From the NCBI GenBank assembly GCA_011911785.1, contig GCA_011911785.1_4084.1: a stretch of DNA of 64,000 bases; one strand, 5' to 3'. Both the position numbers and the translations under genes were made by a program. The stretch is from a phage. Below the pieces are notes generated by a model. It made no database searches. It was given only the letters and a program-made list of their open reading frames with translations, and had not been told where the DNA came from. Each line of letters opens with the position of its first letter. Position 1 is the first letter of the stretch. Shown in pieces: positions 10,238-19,330 of this stretch.

Positions 10238-10939
10238 ATGATGGCAGATAAAGTTACACACTATGCAGTTGATATTGAATCTTTCGGAACTCCAGAACGT
10301 AGTGGTTATGATATTACCATTCCAAATTACGCAATTGTTTTAGTTCCAACTAACCCAATGAAAGATATCTCACGTTATGCATATGTTAAACTACCATTCC
10401 AAAAACAAATTGATGCTGGTCTTAAAGTTGATGCAGGTTCAATGAACTTTTGGATGAATATGTGTCAAAATGATCATAAAGGTGCATATGAAGAAGTAGT
10501 TAGTACACTCACGTTGACAGAACCAGAAATTATTTCCGGTAGTCAAAACAATTTGTATAAAACAAAAAATGTACTTGATTTGTGGAATGCACTTCGTTAT
10601 GATCTTAATGGAAATGAGAACAATATTGAAATTTGGGGTAATGGCTGTCACTTCGATTGTAGTATTCTTCAAGCAAACCATCGTAAAATGTTTGGTGTGG
10701 GCGAATTGTGGAAATACAATGCACCACAGAATGCCCGAAGTGTTAAGAATCGCCTAACTGAAGATGAAAAATTTGACATGGATTCCATTGTTGATGTACA
10801 ATTGAAAAAGTTTGTGGAGATGGTTGCTGATCATGGTCTTTATGGTCTAGAACTTCACCACCCATTATTCGATGCAGCACGTGAAGCTATCCAGGTTTCA
10901 TATTGCTTAAATGCAATCAACGAACGCGGAAACTATTAA
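10238..10939 (+). CDS. DEDDh-type 3'-5' exonuclease (DnaQ/DexA-like)
   Basis: Exo I-like YAVDIESFG, Exo II-like WGNGCHFDCSIL, Exo III-like HHPLFDAAREA. Confidence 0.6.
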   Translation: MMADKVTHYAVDIESFGTPERSGYDITIPNYAIVLVPTNPMKDISRYAYVKLPFQKQIDAGLKVDAGSMNFWMNMCQNDHKGAYEEVVSTLTLTEPEIISGSQNNLYKTKNVLDLWNALRYDLNGNENNIEIWGNGCHFDCSILQANHRKMFGVGELWKYNAPQNARSVKNRLTEDEKFDMDSIVDVQLKKFVEMVADHGLYGLELHHPLFDAAREAIQVSYCLNAINERGNY

Positions 10940-10949
10940 AGGTAACACA

Positions 10950-12047
10950 ATGAACTTAGCAATTCTTCTAATACCAAGTTTGATAGTTGTTCTAATCATG
11001 AAGTTCAAATACCATACTGCCATAACAACAAAGGAATTGCTAATTCATACTGGAATTTGCTTTCTTGCAGCGGTGTTGGTATTGGGAACATCATACTTGA
11101 TAAACTACAGCCAACTTCGTGATGTTGAAATTCTAAATGGTCAGGTTACAGAGAAATACAGCCAACGTGAGAACTGCACATCACAATCAAGTTCTTGTAA
11201 ACACTATACTTGGCATGAGCGTTGCTGGACTACCTATGATTCTAAAGGTCGCTCACAACGTGAATGTGAATCTTATAAGGTATTCGACTATCCGTATGAG
11301 ATTGATTGGTACGTTAAAAGCACTGTTGGTAAGTTTGAGATTGAAAGGGTCAATAGACAAGGAACACAAACTCCACCACGCTGGCAAGAAGTGAAAATTG
11401 GTGATTATGCAGCAGCAGAAAACACATACATAAATTATCTATTTGCAGATAAACACTCATTATTCAGTACTGAAGATTTGATTTCTATGTATGATAAAGA
11501 ATATCTGGAATCTTTACCTGAATATCCAAGTATTAGTGATTATTATAAAACACACCACGTTATTAATAAAACTGATTACGATGTGAGTGGGTATGATGAA
11601 TATTTACGTGAAGTGTTAAAAACATTAGGTGCACAAAAGCAAGTAAACATTCAAGTACTAGTATATGATTATCATGACGTGAATTTTGTTGATGCAGTAA
11701 CCTCAATCTGGCGTGGTGGCAAGAAGAACGATGTGATTATGTTCTTTGGTATCAGTAATGATGGTGTCGTTAAATCATTCAATAGTACGTCATTCGCTAA
11801 AGGTATGAATAATGAAGAATTGCATTCTAAAATGCGAATGGATGCGTTAAATGAAGTATTAACACTTGACTTACTTAAAGTTCAGGTTCATAATATACAG
11901 ACTAAGTTTGAACGTCTGTCGAATAAAGAGTTTGAATACATGGCAGTTAAAATGGAACCACGAAAAGATGTTATGATTGCTGCATCTTTGATTCTCATTG
12001 TACTGTCGATTGTTGTTGGTCTTTATATGAAGGAAAATAATGTATGA
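10950..12047 (+). CDS. membrane protein (N- and C-terminal hydrophobic segments)
   Basis: Start refined to ATG 10950; hydrophobic stretches at both ends. Confidence 0.55.
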   Translation: MNLAILLIPSLIVVLIMKFKYHTAITTKELLIHTGICFLAAVLVLGTSYLINYSQLRDVEILNGQVTEKYSQRENCTSQSSSCKHYTWHERCWTTYDSKGRSQRECESYKVFDYPYEIDWYVKSTVGKFEIERVNRQGTQTPPRWQEVKIGDYAAAENTYINYLFADKHSLFSTEDLISMYDKEYLESLPEYPSISDYYKTHHVINKTDYDVSGYDEYLREVLKTLGAQKQVNIQVLVYDYHDVNFVDAVTSIWRGGKKNDVIMFFGISNDGVVKSFNSTSFAKGMNNEELHSKMRMDALNEVLTLDLLKVQVHNIQTKFERLSNKEFEYMAVKMEPRKDVMIAASLILIVLSIVVGLYMKENNV

Positions 12048-12598
12048 ATAAGCCTCTGATTTTGTTGGTTGGTGTGTTGGTGATTTTTGTTATTGGTGTG
12101 TTTGCAACTGTAAGTATGTATAGTTCAGCACATGATAGTGCAGTGAATTTTGAAGGTAATATTAAAAAGTACTACGATGCATCTGAAAGTCAACTGAGCA
12201 GTTATACACTAACTATTCAAGAAAAGGTTCAAGTATCGGACAAATATAAGGATGCATTGAAAGAGACAATCGAAGCGTACTTTAAGGGACGTGAAGGAGT
12301 TGATCAGAAATTTGTAATGTCACAGATTCAACAACAAGTTCCAAATCTTGATCCTAAGATTTATCAAGAGTTGATGGTTACAATTGATGCAGGGCGTGAG
12401 AAGTTCAATAACTTGCAGAAAATGAAAATTGAACAATGTACTGATTATGAGAAATTCCGTAAAGGTTTCTGGAACTCAAAAATCATCGATTCTAATACAT
12501 TCCCAAGTAAAGATATTGAACATTTGTGTACTGTTGTTTCTGATACTCGCACTAAGAAAGCAATGGAAACTGGTATTCAGGAAGTAATTAAATTGTAA
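12044..12598 (+). CDS. membrane-anchored protein (184 aa)
   Basis: Single N-terminal hydrophobic helix; ATGA overlap with upstream gene. Confidence 0.55.
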   Translation: MNKPLILLVGVLVIFVIGVFATVSMYSSAHDSAVNFEGNIKKYYDASESQLSSYTLTIQEKVQVSDKYKDALKETIEAYFKGREGVDQKFVMSQIQQQVPNLDPKIYQELMVTIDAGREKFNNLQKMKIEQCTDYEKFRKGFWNSKIIDSNTFPSKDIEHLCTVVSDTRTKKAMETGIQEVIKL

Positions 12599-12603
12599 GT
12601 ATT

Positions 12604-12633
12604 TGGGGAGTACATTATTGTACTCCCTTTTTA
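12604..12633 (+). terminator. intrinsic terminator
   Basis: GGGAGTACA-loop-TGTACTCCC hairpin followed by TTTTT. Confidence 0.65.
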
Positions 12634-12647
12634 ATAGGATATAAACT

Positions 12648-13229
12648 ATGTTTTATAATGAAACTCTTAAGTTGTTCGAGCGTATAGCAGAAATCAAAAA
12701 GCGTGCATATGATAATATAATTCTTCCTTATAGTTTTGAATCAGATACTATAATTTTTAAAATGAAACATCATGCTCGTCATTATGAATTTATTTTAGGG
12801 ATAAAAGAACCTAAAATTGAATCCAATGTTCCAAATATATCATCATCTATCGCAGTTCCAAGCGGTGTAAATATTGCCCACGGTCATCCAATGACAATTG
12901 CGGCAACTTCATCCAATACGATTATTGAGCGTTATATTAAAGTTTGTACAACAACAGCTATGCAAAATATCATATCAGTTGAGTGGAGTGAACTACCAAG
13001 TAACTTCATTTACTTCACCAATAGTAATGGTACAACATCTGAGAAAGAATCTATGGGTAATAAGATTATGTCAGCTATGATTCTACATGAAAAAACGCTT
13101 ATCAATGGTGAAATATATTCATTAGAAGACAATCCAGATGCATTTATTAAAGACATTGAGGGTTCCAATAAATTTAGTATTTTAGAAGTATTAAATCTTG
13201 AAAAGGATTATAAACATGCAATACGATAA
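12648..13229 (+). CDS. hypothetical protein (193 aa)
   Basis: ORF following a terminator. Confidence 0.55.
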   Translation: MFYNETLKLFERIAEIKKRAYDNIILPYSFESDTIIFKMKHHARHYEFILGIKEPKIESNVPNISSSIAVPSGVNIAHGHPMTIAATSSNTIIERYIKVCTTTAMQNIISVEWSELPSNFIYFTNSNGTTSEKESMGNKIMSAMILHEKTLINGEIYSLEDNPDAFIKDIEGSNKFSILEVLNLEKDYKHAIR

Positions 13230-13746
13230 TAAAGATCTACCATATCTCCCCGATCTGGAAAGAGGTGTTAATGAGTTCGTTCAGGTAATATCAGAGTGGG
13301 ATGTATCAGTATTTTCATATAATCGTAAGAAGGATTTCGAATATAAAGGCGTTCATTTTTTTATCACGGATAATTTAATAACCCTGCAATCTAAAATAGA
13401 AATGTTTGGATCTTTAGACCCCATATATCGTCAGCCATATTCTGATCCATACAAAGAAAATATTGCAAGAATGTTTGAAAATAGAACAAGACAATATACC
13501 CGAAATTATTTTGGTACTTTCGATTTCACTAAAAAAGGTACATTGGTTGGATATACCATATCAACAGAATCTTTCACATCTATACATAGTGTGATTCTTG
13601 GTGAGAAAAAAATGTTAGTTAATAATGAAGATTGGTTAGACCGTGAAAATTTTCATGAATATGCATTTCAGCATTCTGTAGCAAATCCAAAAGAACCATT
13701 TGATGTGTTCTTTATTTCTAATGTATTAAGAATGTTAGGAGAATAA
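13216..13746 (+). CDS. hypothetical protein (about 176 aa)
   Basis: Start refined to ATG 13216 with RBS aaaggattataaacATG. Confidence 0.5.
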   Translation: MQYDNKDLPYLPDLERGVNEFVQVISEWDVSVFSYNRKKDFEYKGVHFFITDNLITLQSKIEMFGSLDPIYRQPYSDPYKENIARMFENRTRQYTRNYFGTFDFTKKGTLVGYTISTESFTSIHSVILGEKKMLVNNEDWLDRENFHEYAFQHSVANPKEPFDVFFISNVLRMLGE

Positions 13747-13747
13747 T

Positions 13748-14101
13748 ATGTTGATTTACTTATGTGTGCTTTTGGTTTCATTGGTTGTAGCAGTATTAGT
13801 ACTGAAAACTATTTCAACTATTCGTTCTAAAATTGATAAACATCAAGAAAATTCTGTTATCGATTTAGTTATGGATTTTCCTAAAATCAGTGCAGCCGTT
13901 GTTTTTGTTGTTATGTTATTTGGAACATACTGCGTAAAAGGCTACCTCTATGGTATGTATGATTGTAGCGTTCGCTCATATTCACAAGGTGTCGAAACTG
14001 ACTATAGCTGGTACTATGGTAAGTGTCGTTTTAAAAATGAGCATGGTATTTGGGTAGATTTTGATAAACTACGCGGAACACCATCAGGTGATGAAGAATA
14101 A
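13748..14101 (+). CDS. small membrane protein (117 aa)
   Basis: RBS ttaggagaataatATG; two hydrophobic segments. Confidence 0.55.
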   Translation: MLIYLCVLLVSLVVAVLVLKTISTIRSKIDKHQENSVIDLVMDFPKISAAVVFVVMLFGTYCVKGYLYGMYDCSVRSYSQGVETDYSWYYGKCRFKNEHGIWVDFDKLRGTPSGDEE

Positions 14102-14595
14102 TGTTTGAATTTCCTGATGAACAACCAAAAAACTACATTGACTGTACTGAAGATGGATACACGCATATCAATATCTACAGTAAAGGGAAAACTAAGCTAG
14201 GGAGAGATTTATCTAATTTTTCTCCCCATAGCTTTACACTAGAACCATATGGATGGTTTCCTTCGGTTGAGTCTTTTTATTTCTGGTTCCTCACTGGACA
14301 ACAGCATGAAGAACTTAGAAAGGTATCAGGAGCCGCAGCGAAAGCCGCTGCAAACAAATATATGCATGACCGTATAGAGATGACACCTGAGCGATTAAAT
14401 GTAATCCAGGATGCGATATGTGCTAAAATAATGCAGAATCCTGAACTTGCTGAACGATTGCGTAAAAGTACTCTGAAGTTTGAGCATTATTATTTGTATG
14501 GTGGTAAGATTATTGATGTTAGTGATGACCACCGTTGGTTTGTTCAGACCTTTGAGGATATCAGAACAGTACTGAAGGAGATGAATAATGGATAA
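14101..14595 (+). CDS. NADAR-domain protein (YbiA-like)
   Basis: SNF...F...S.E..Y core and C-terminal KF..ELAERL..EHY pattern resembling E. coli YbiA. Confidence 0.55.
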   Translation: MFEFPDEQPKNYIDCTEDGYTHINIYSKGKTKLGRDLSNFSPHSFTLEPYGWFPSVESFYFWFLTGQQHEELRKVSGAAAKAAANKYMHDRIEMTPERLNVIQDAICAKIMQNPELAERLRKSTLKFEHYYLYGGKIIDVSDDHRWFVQTFEDIRTVLKEMNNG

Positions 14596-14863
14596 AGTGA
14601 AAATTTGTTGTCTTGAATGTGAGATGTTTGTCACTCCGTCTGATACAATGTTGACAATAGAGGAACAAGTCTTTCCATTAAGAGGTGGCTATATAAAATT
14701 ACCAACACCATTTTATAGTACATCTTGTTCAATATGTGGTAATGAACTTGTTCTTCATGAGTTGAATCACGTTAATATTATGGTTGTAAATGCAATTAGT
14801 TCGTATGCAAAAGAATTGGTTAGAAATGACAGTTCATTTGCACATTTATGGGGTTTCAACTGA
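14588..14863 (+). CDS. zinc-ribbon small protein
   Basis: Two CxxC pairs (CCLECEM / CSICGNE). Confidence 0.5.
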   Translation: MDKVKICCLECEMFVTPSDTMLTIEEQVFPLRGGYIKLPTPFYSTSCSICGNELVLHELNHVNIMVVNAISSYAKELVRNDSSFAHLWGFN

Positions 14864-14864
14864 T

Positions 14865-15137
14865 ATGAATCATTCAAGAACTTGTTGGATATGTTACAAT
14901 AAGGATGTAGATCATACTCTTGAACTTGAATATATGGAGATGAACTATGCAACAGACGTAAGATCATTTTCTGCTGGTCGTGTTATAATAAAAACACCAC
15001 AATATCAGTGTTTGTGTTCAGTGTGTGGTGGGAATGGTGTATATCGCAATGAGGTTCAAATGGTAAATGATGCTATTGAGCTTTATTTTGGACAATATGT
15101 TTTGGATTTATATAAAAATGAACAAACTAACATTTGA
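14865..15137 (+). CDS. zinc-ribbon small protein (paralog of 14588..14863)
   Basis: Start refined to ATG 14865; CWIC / CSVCGGN pairs. Confidence 0.5.
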   Translation: MNHSRTCWICYNKDVDHTLELEYMEMNYATDVRSFSAGRVIIKTPQYQCLCSVCGGNGVYRNEVQMVNDAIELYFGQYVLDLYKNEQTNI

Positions 15138-15348
15138 TGCAACCCCAATAAATGAACTTTTAGTGCCCAGTGAAGGAAGCACTGTTAAAATGAACATGTA
15201 CTGGATTGTCAAAGATGGAAATGTATTCAGACATAAAATAACAAAAGTATGGCAATGTAACAAAAATGAAAGTATTGTTAAGATGATAGCTAATACTGTA
15301 GATGGTGCTGAAGTTGTTTTTATGCCGTATGCATATATTAAGGAATAA
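15118..15348 (+). CDS. hypothetical protein (76 aa)
   Basis: Start refined to ATG 15118. Confidence 0.45.
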   Translation: MNKLTFDATPINELLVPSEGSTVKMNMYWIVKDGNVFRHKITKVWQCNKNESIVKMIANTVDGAEVVFMPYAYIKE

Positions 15349-15350
15349 AC

Positions 15351-15527
15351 ATGAAAAAAGAGTTGACAATATTCGTCATTCCAACTATAATGTTGATATT
15401 GGCTCTGGTGTTCCCACAATCACATGTGGTTATGCTTAACATCATAGAACTAATTTTATTGGTAATACACTGTATTGTCTGTTACTATTACATTAACAGT
15501 AATGAGGATCGTGATGAAGTATTATAA
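15351..15527 (+). CDS. possible small hydrophobic protein (58 aa)
   Basis: Untracked ORF with RBS aggaataaacATG; two predicted hydrophobic helices; overlaps a promoter-like motif. Confidence 0.3.
   Translation: MKKELTIFVIPTIMLILALVFPQSHVVMLNIIELILLVIHCIVCYYYINSNEDRDEVL
15363..15391 (+). promoter_or_regulatory. sigma70-like promoter (possibly internal)
   Basis: TTGACA, 17 nt, TATAAT. Confidence 0.45.
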
Positions 15528-15936
15528 AATTCGTATCATTACCAGTTCAGGGGCATCAGCGTGGATTTTTTATGATCTTCCAGATTCATATACCATCGAT
15601 GATGTAAAAGATTTATACTACGAAGATAACAATTGGGTTTTTGATTTAGAATCCAAAAGTGTAGAGATTGATGAGATTACTGAACAAGAATACAAGATTG
15701 GCACACAAGCTATGAAGTACTTTGAACGTAATCTTAAAATGTTACAGGAAAATGTGTTCCCTGTAAAAGAATGGGCAATTCTCCTTGCTAATTCCAATAA
15801 ACCTGTTAGAATTGGTTATCCAAACTTTCATATGGTATATCGTATGAATGAAAATCGTGAATTGAGTTATCAATTTGATTACGATGCTGCTAAGTTTGGT
15901 GTTCTGAAATCGTTTGAAAAGGCATATCCAGTATGA
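15514..15936 (+). CDS. hypothetical protein (140 aa)
   Basis: Start refined to ATG 15514 with RBS aatgaggatcgtgATG. Confidence 0.55.
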   Translation: MKYYKIRIITSSGASAWIFYDLPDSYTIDDVKDLYYEDNNWVFDLESKSVEIDEITEQEYKIGTQAMKYFERNLKMLQENVFPVKEWAILLANSNKPVRIGYPNFHMVYRMNENRELSYQFDYDAAKFGVLKSFEKAYPV

Positions 15937-16268
15937 GTAAAGATAGCAAAGAGTTTATGTTGCGTTGTACTTGTGGTGATAAAAATGAACATTGTGTTCA
16001 CATTGCACAATTTGACTTGACAGAAGAACACGGTGATGATAAACTTGGTCAATGTACAGTCAGTATGCGTTTGAATCCTTTTCTTAAATGGTACAAGCGT
16101 GTATGGGTTGCAGTGAAGTATGTTTTTGGTCGCAATGACTTTCATTACGTAGAAGCTGAAATTGATGTTGACATTCTTAAAGAAGTTGTGTTACAATTAG
16201 ATGATACACGAACTGATGAGGAAAAGAAAGACGCACGAAATAAACGTAGTGATGTGAAGGTTTTATGA
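15933..16268 (+). CDS. hypothetical Cys/His-rich protein (111 aa)
   Basis: CTCGDKNEHCVH motif; ATGA overlap. Confidence 0.5.
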   Translation: MSKDSKEFMLRCTCGDKNEHCVHIAQFDLTEEHGDDKLGQCTVSMRLNPFLKWYKRVWVAVKYVFGRNDFHYVEAEIDVDILKEVVLQLDDTRTDEEKKDARNKRSDVKVL

Positions 16269-16459
16269 ACGTCGAGTTGATTGAAAAAAAGTACTGTACA
16301 AATTGCAATACAGCGTATACAATACAAGGTATGTTAGTTTGTACAACATGTCAGGCAACAGAAACAGCAACATTTTTGGTTGATGACCGATTCAGTGATT
16401 TGAAACAATTCAAAGCTAATCGCAATCTCCGTAACTTTAGTGATATGAATAAGGAATGA
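16265..16459 (+). CDS. zinc-ribbon small protein (64 aa)
   Basis: CTNCNTAY...CTTCQ two CxxC pairs. Confidence 0.5.
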   Translation: MNVELIEKKYCTNCNTAYTIQGMLVCTTCQATETATFLVDDRFSDLKQFKANRNLRNFSDMNKE

Positions 16460-16893
16460 ATATGAATCTTGAACAAGTAATCCGTAACAACCCATTCTTC
16501 GCAGAAAACCCTTCTCGTGTAATTGAAGCGATTAAAGTTGAAGAGCTAATGATTACCGTCAAATATAAAGAAGAAGGTGATGAAATTAGTAGCGTAGTAT
16601 GTGCTCTTCGTGCACCTTTCCGTAAAGAAGCAGCTAAGAAACCAGCATATGTACTATCTATCTGCTTGGGTTGTGTAGTTAAACTGGTTGTTGATGAAAA
16701 TAGTTTCAACATCAAGGTTGCACCAACTAATGATGATGAGAATGTTGATCTCAACTTTGATGGTGGGTTGCCAGAAGAAGAATTCTTCCAACAGTCACTT
16801 GTTGTAGATTTCCGTTCAGTAACTTATGACCATATCAAACTAATCAATGAAATGGTTGATATCGTCGCTAAGTTCGAAGAAGAAACCGCATAA
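16456..16893 (+). CDS. EEYFQ-motif family protein (family A)
   Basis: C-terminal PEEEFFQQSLVVDF...YDHIKLINEMV. Confidence 0.65.
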   Translation: MNMNLEQVIRNNPFFAENPSRVIEAIKVEELMITVKYKEEGDEISSVVCALRAPFRKEAAKKPAYVLSICLGCVVKLVVDENSFNIKVAPTNDDENVDLNFDGGLPEEEFFQQSLVVDFRSVTYDHIKLINEMVDIVAKFEEETA

Positions 16894-16904
16894 TATAAAA
16901 AGAA

Positions 16905-16938
16905 ATAAGGCTCTCAATCGGGAGCCTTATATTCATTT
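16905..16938 (+). terminator. putative intrinsic terminator
   Basis: AGGCTCTC-loop-GGGAGCCT hairpin then T-rich. Confidence 0.5.
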
Positions 16939-16970
16939 GTTAAATAAGACAAAGTAAAGGAGTACTTAAT

Positions 16971-17522
16971 ATGATCGAACAAATTCAAAAATTCACGAAC
17001 CAAATTGTAAATTTCCTAGCAGATAAAGAAGGATTCAGTACTGAAGTTACACATCACGGTGTTAACCTTAACGTTACTGCACCAAGCGGTGATGTAACGT
17101 CATATGACATGTATGAGTTATTGCTTTATACAATGGCAGTACGCAAAATAGGTTCTGATATAGAGCTAAACATCAATACTGATGACAAAGGGAACAATAT
17201 TTTTGCTATTAATACGGATGCTAAACTTGATGTAATTGCAGAAATTCAAAAAATTAACGAGTCATTTATTAATTTCCAACATGATACGATACAATCCGTT
17301 TTTATTGGTCATCAAACATCTGAAAGTGTTTGCCCTTTTTGTGTAATGACTCTCTATAAGAATGGTAATTGGATGCGTCATGATTTGGCTAAAGCTGAAG
17401 TTCTTTATGCCATTACACATGGTATGAAACTTGAACTAGATGACAGTGCTTTTGTCTTTAAGAAACTAAGAAAATTAACACTAGATGTTCAGACTAAATT
17501 AAAAGAACTTAATGATAAATAA
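16971..17522 (+). CDS. hypothetical protein (183 aa)
   Basis: RBS aaaggagtacttaatATG. Confidence 0.6.
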   Translation: MIEQIQKFTNQIVNFLADKEGFSTEVTHHGVNLNVTAPSGDVTSYDMYELLLYTMAVRKIGSDIELNINTDDKGNNIFAINTDAKLDVIAEIQKINESFINFQHDTIQSVFIGHQTSESVCPFCVMTLYKNGNWMRHDLAKAEVLYAITHGMKLELDDSAFVFKKLRKLTLDVQTKLKELNDK

Positions 17523-17631
17523 TTATGCCAGTAATGGCTAACATATTATTATGTTATTTTTCCTCCCTTCTATAATAAAATTAATTTATTATATTTTCCA
17601 TTTCTTATTGTACATTTTATATCTTTTCGTA

Positions 17632-17655
17632 CTGCCCCTCCCAGGGGCATTTTTT
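17632..17655 (+). terminator. intrinsic terminator
   Basis: TGCCCC-loop-GGGGCA hairpin followed by TTTTTT. Confidence 0.6.
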
Positions 17656-17670
17656 ATATTAGGATAAAGT

Positions 17671-18066
17671 ATGTTAGGTAGTAGAATAGGCAGCATCGTC
17701 ACAATTAAACTTTCTTATTATCTAAATGATTTTTCAAAGATCGATTTATCAAAATATCAGCAATCATCATTCTATTATGAATCATCTGAGCATAAATTTT
17801 CTATCAGCAAAGAACCGGTAAAACTAAAGTATCAGGGGGTTGCAGAAAAGAATGAATTCGTGTATGATTATGGTATGGACAAAATTGTATTCACTGAATA
17901 TACTAAGGGTACAAGACCTACATGGAAAGCGGATTATCATAGAAAATCATTCATCAATATACATAAGTATCTTGACGAAGAGCATTACTTTCAACAGTTG
18001 CTTTTGGAGGATTTACCATTCACTATTGATGATCTAAAAACATTATTTAAGTACTATGCGATATAG
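17671..18066 (+). CDS. EEYFQ-motif family protein (family A)
   Basis: C-terminal DEEHYFQQLLLEDLPFTIDDLKTLF. Confidence 0.6.
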   Translation: MLGSRIGSIVTIKLSYYLNDFSKIDLSKYQQSSFYYESSEHKFSISKEPVKLKYQGVAEKNEFVYDYGMDKIVFTEYTKGTRPTWKADYHRKSFINIHKYLDEEHYFQQLLLEDLPFTIDDLKTLFKYYAI

Positions 18067-18083
18067 TACTAAAGGAGATACAT

Positions 18084-18518
18084 ATGATTATATCATTCAA
18101 AAAAGTACTAAAATATTTCCAAAATAATAAACTTAAAGATATGAAAGTACGTGTCAATTTCTTTGCTAAAAGTGTGTGGTTTTGTACAGAGGATGAAATT
18201 AAGGTTAATGTAAGATTAACTGATTCATATGAAATAATTCGCCTGTACGCAACCATTGATGGTGTGGATACCAAGATATCATACATTTCAACGAGTGGTA
18301 CGTTGATCATGAGTACGCGAGAAAATGAAACTGATACATTCAATGAAATTAAGATAGAAAACATCCATGAAATCACATCTGAAGAGATACTATTTCAACG
18401 TTCACTTGTTGACAATGTACTAGATTTAACATATGATAATATCATACTAATTCACAAACTGCATGATGAGGCAAAAGCGTTTGCTCTAACCAAATTCGGA
18501 GAATTGGATGATAAGTGA
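18084..18518 (+). CDS. EEYFQ-motif family protein (family A)
   Basis: C-terminal TSEEILFQRSLVDNVLDLTYDNIILI; RBS aaggagatacatATG. Confidence 0.65.
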   Translation: MIISFKKVLKYFQNNKLKDMKVRVNFFAKSVWFCTEDEIKVNVRLTDSYEIIRLYATIDGVDTKISYISTSGTLIMSTRENETDTFNEIKIENIHEITSEEILFQRSLVDNVLDLTYDNIILIHKLHDEAKAFALTKFGELDDK

Positions 18519-18933
18519 CCTGTTGAATATTGATATCACTAAACTAAAAATTACCGATTGTGGTATGTGTGTCAATGATAAACGTAAGATTGATTATGCT
18601 ATACTTACTGATGGCAATAAATCTCTTTGGTATGATAAATCTGTAGGAATTCAATTTAGACATAGTTCTAGTACTGAAAAGTATTCAGAGACATTAGATT
18701 ACATAAGTAATGGTAGTATTATCTATGTAAAATATTCAGAATCTGGAAAAATTACAAATACCATTACATTCAATGAAAAGAAGTACTCTGAAGAAGAATT
18801 CTTTATGGTTAGTACTTTGTATGATTTTGGGTGTATCAGGTACTGTGATTATGTTAAAACATTGGACATTTCCAATAAGATCTATTCAATACTTGAGCAA
18901 TATGAAAAGGAGATTGTAGATGACAGTAAGTAA
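18508..18933 (+). CDS. EEYFQ-motif family protein (divergent)
   Basis: C-terminal SEEEFFMVSTLYDF (Q replaced). Confidence 0.5.
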   Translation: MISDLLNIDITKLKITDCGMCVNDKRKIDYAILTDGNKSLWYDKSVGIQFRHSSSTEKYSETLDYISNGSIIYVKYSESGKITNTITFNEKKYSEEEFFMVSTLYDFGCIRYCDYVKTLDISNKIYSILEQYEKEIVDDSK

Positions 18934-19330
18934 ATGTTACATTATCATTCGTGAAGACTTAGATATGCCAGTTGGGAAGCTTGCTGCTCAGGCGGGTCAT
19001 GCGGTTGATTCTATCTGGTCCACGATTACCGTTGCTGGTACATCAATTCGTGGTTGTAATGCTGTTGGTGAGAACCCAAGAGATGAAGATGAAAAGATCC
19101 TGAACGATTTCAGTACTTGGGTACAGGACGGTCGTCGCAAGATTATCTTAAAGGCTAAATCTGAAGAACAGATGCTTAATCTATTCGATAAAGTGAAAGC
19201 TGAAGGATTCACTGCAACTAAGATTCATGATTATGGATTCAACCATTTTGATGGTCTAACATTAACTGGATTCGTTGTGTTCCCGTGCACTGACGAAGTT
19301 AAAGCATTGAAAAGGGTAAGATTATGGTAG
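18920..19330 (+). CDS. PTH2-family peptidyl-tRNA hydrolase
   Basis: IIIREDLDM-PVGKLAAQAGHA resembles the PTH2 signature (R.DL.M..GK.AAQ..HA). Confidence 0.7.
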   Translation: MTVSKCYIIIREDLDMPVGKLAAQAGHAVDSIWSTITVAGTSIRGCNAVGENPRDEDEKILNDFSTWVQDGRRKIILKAKSEEQMLNLFDKVKAEGFTATKIHDYGFNHFDGLTLTGFVVFPCTDEVKALKRVRLW

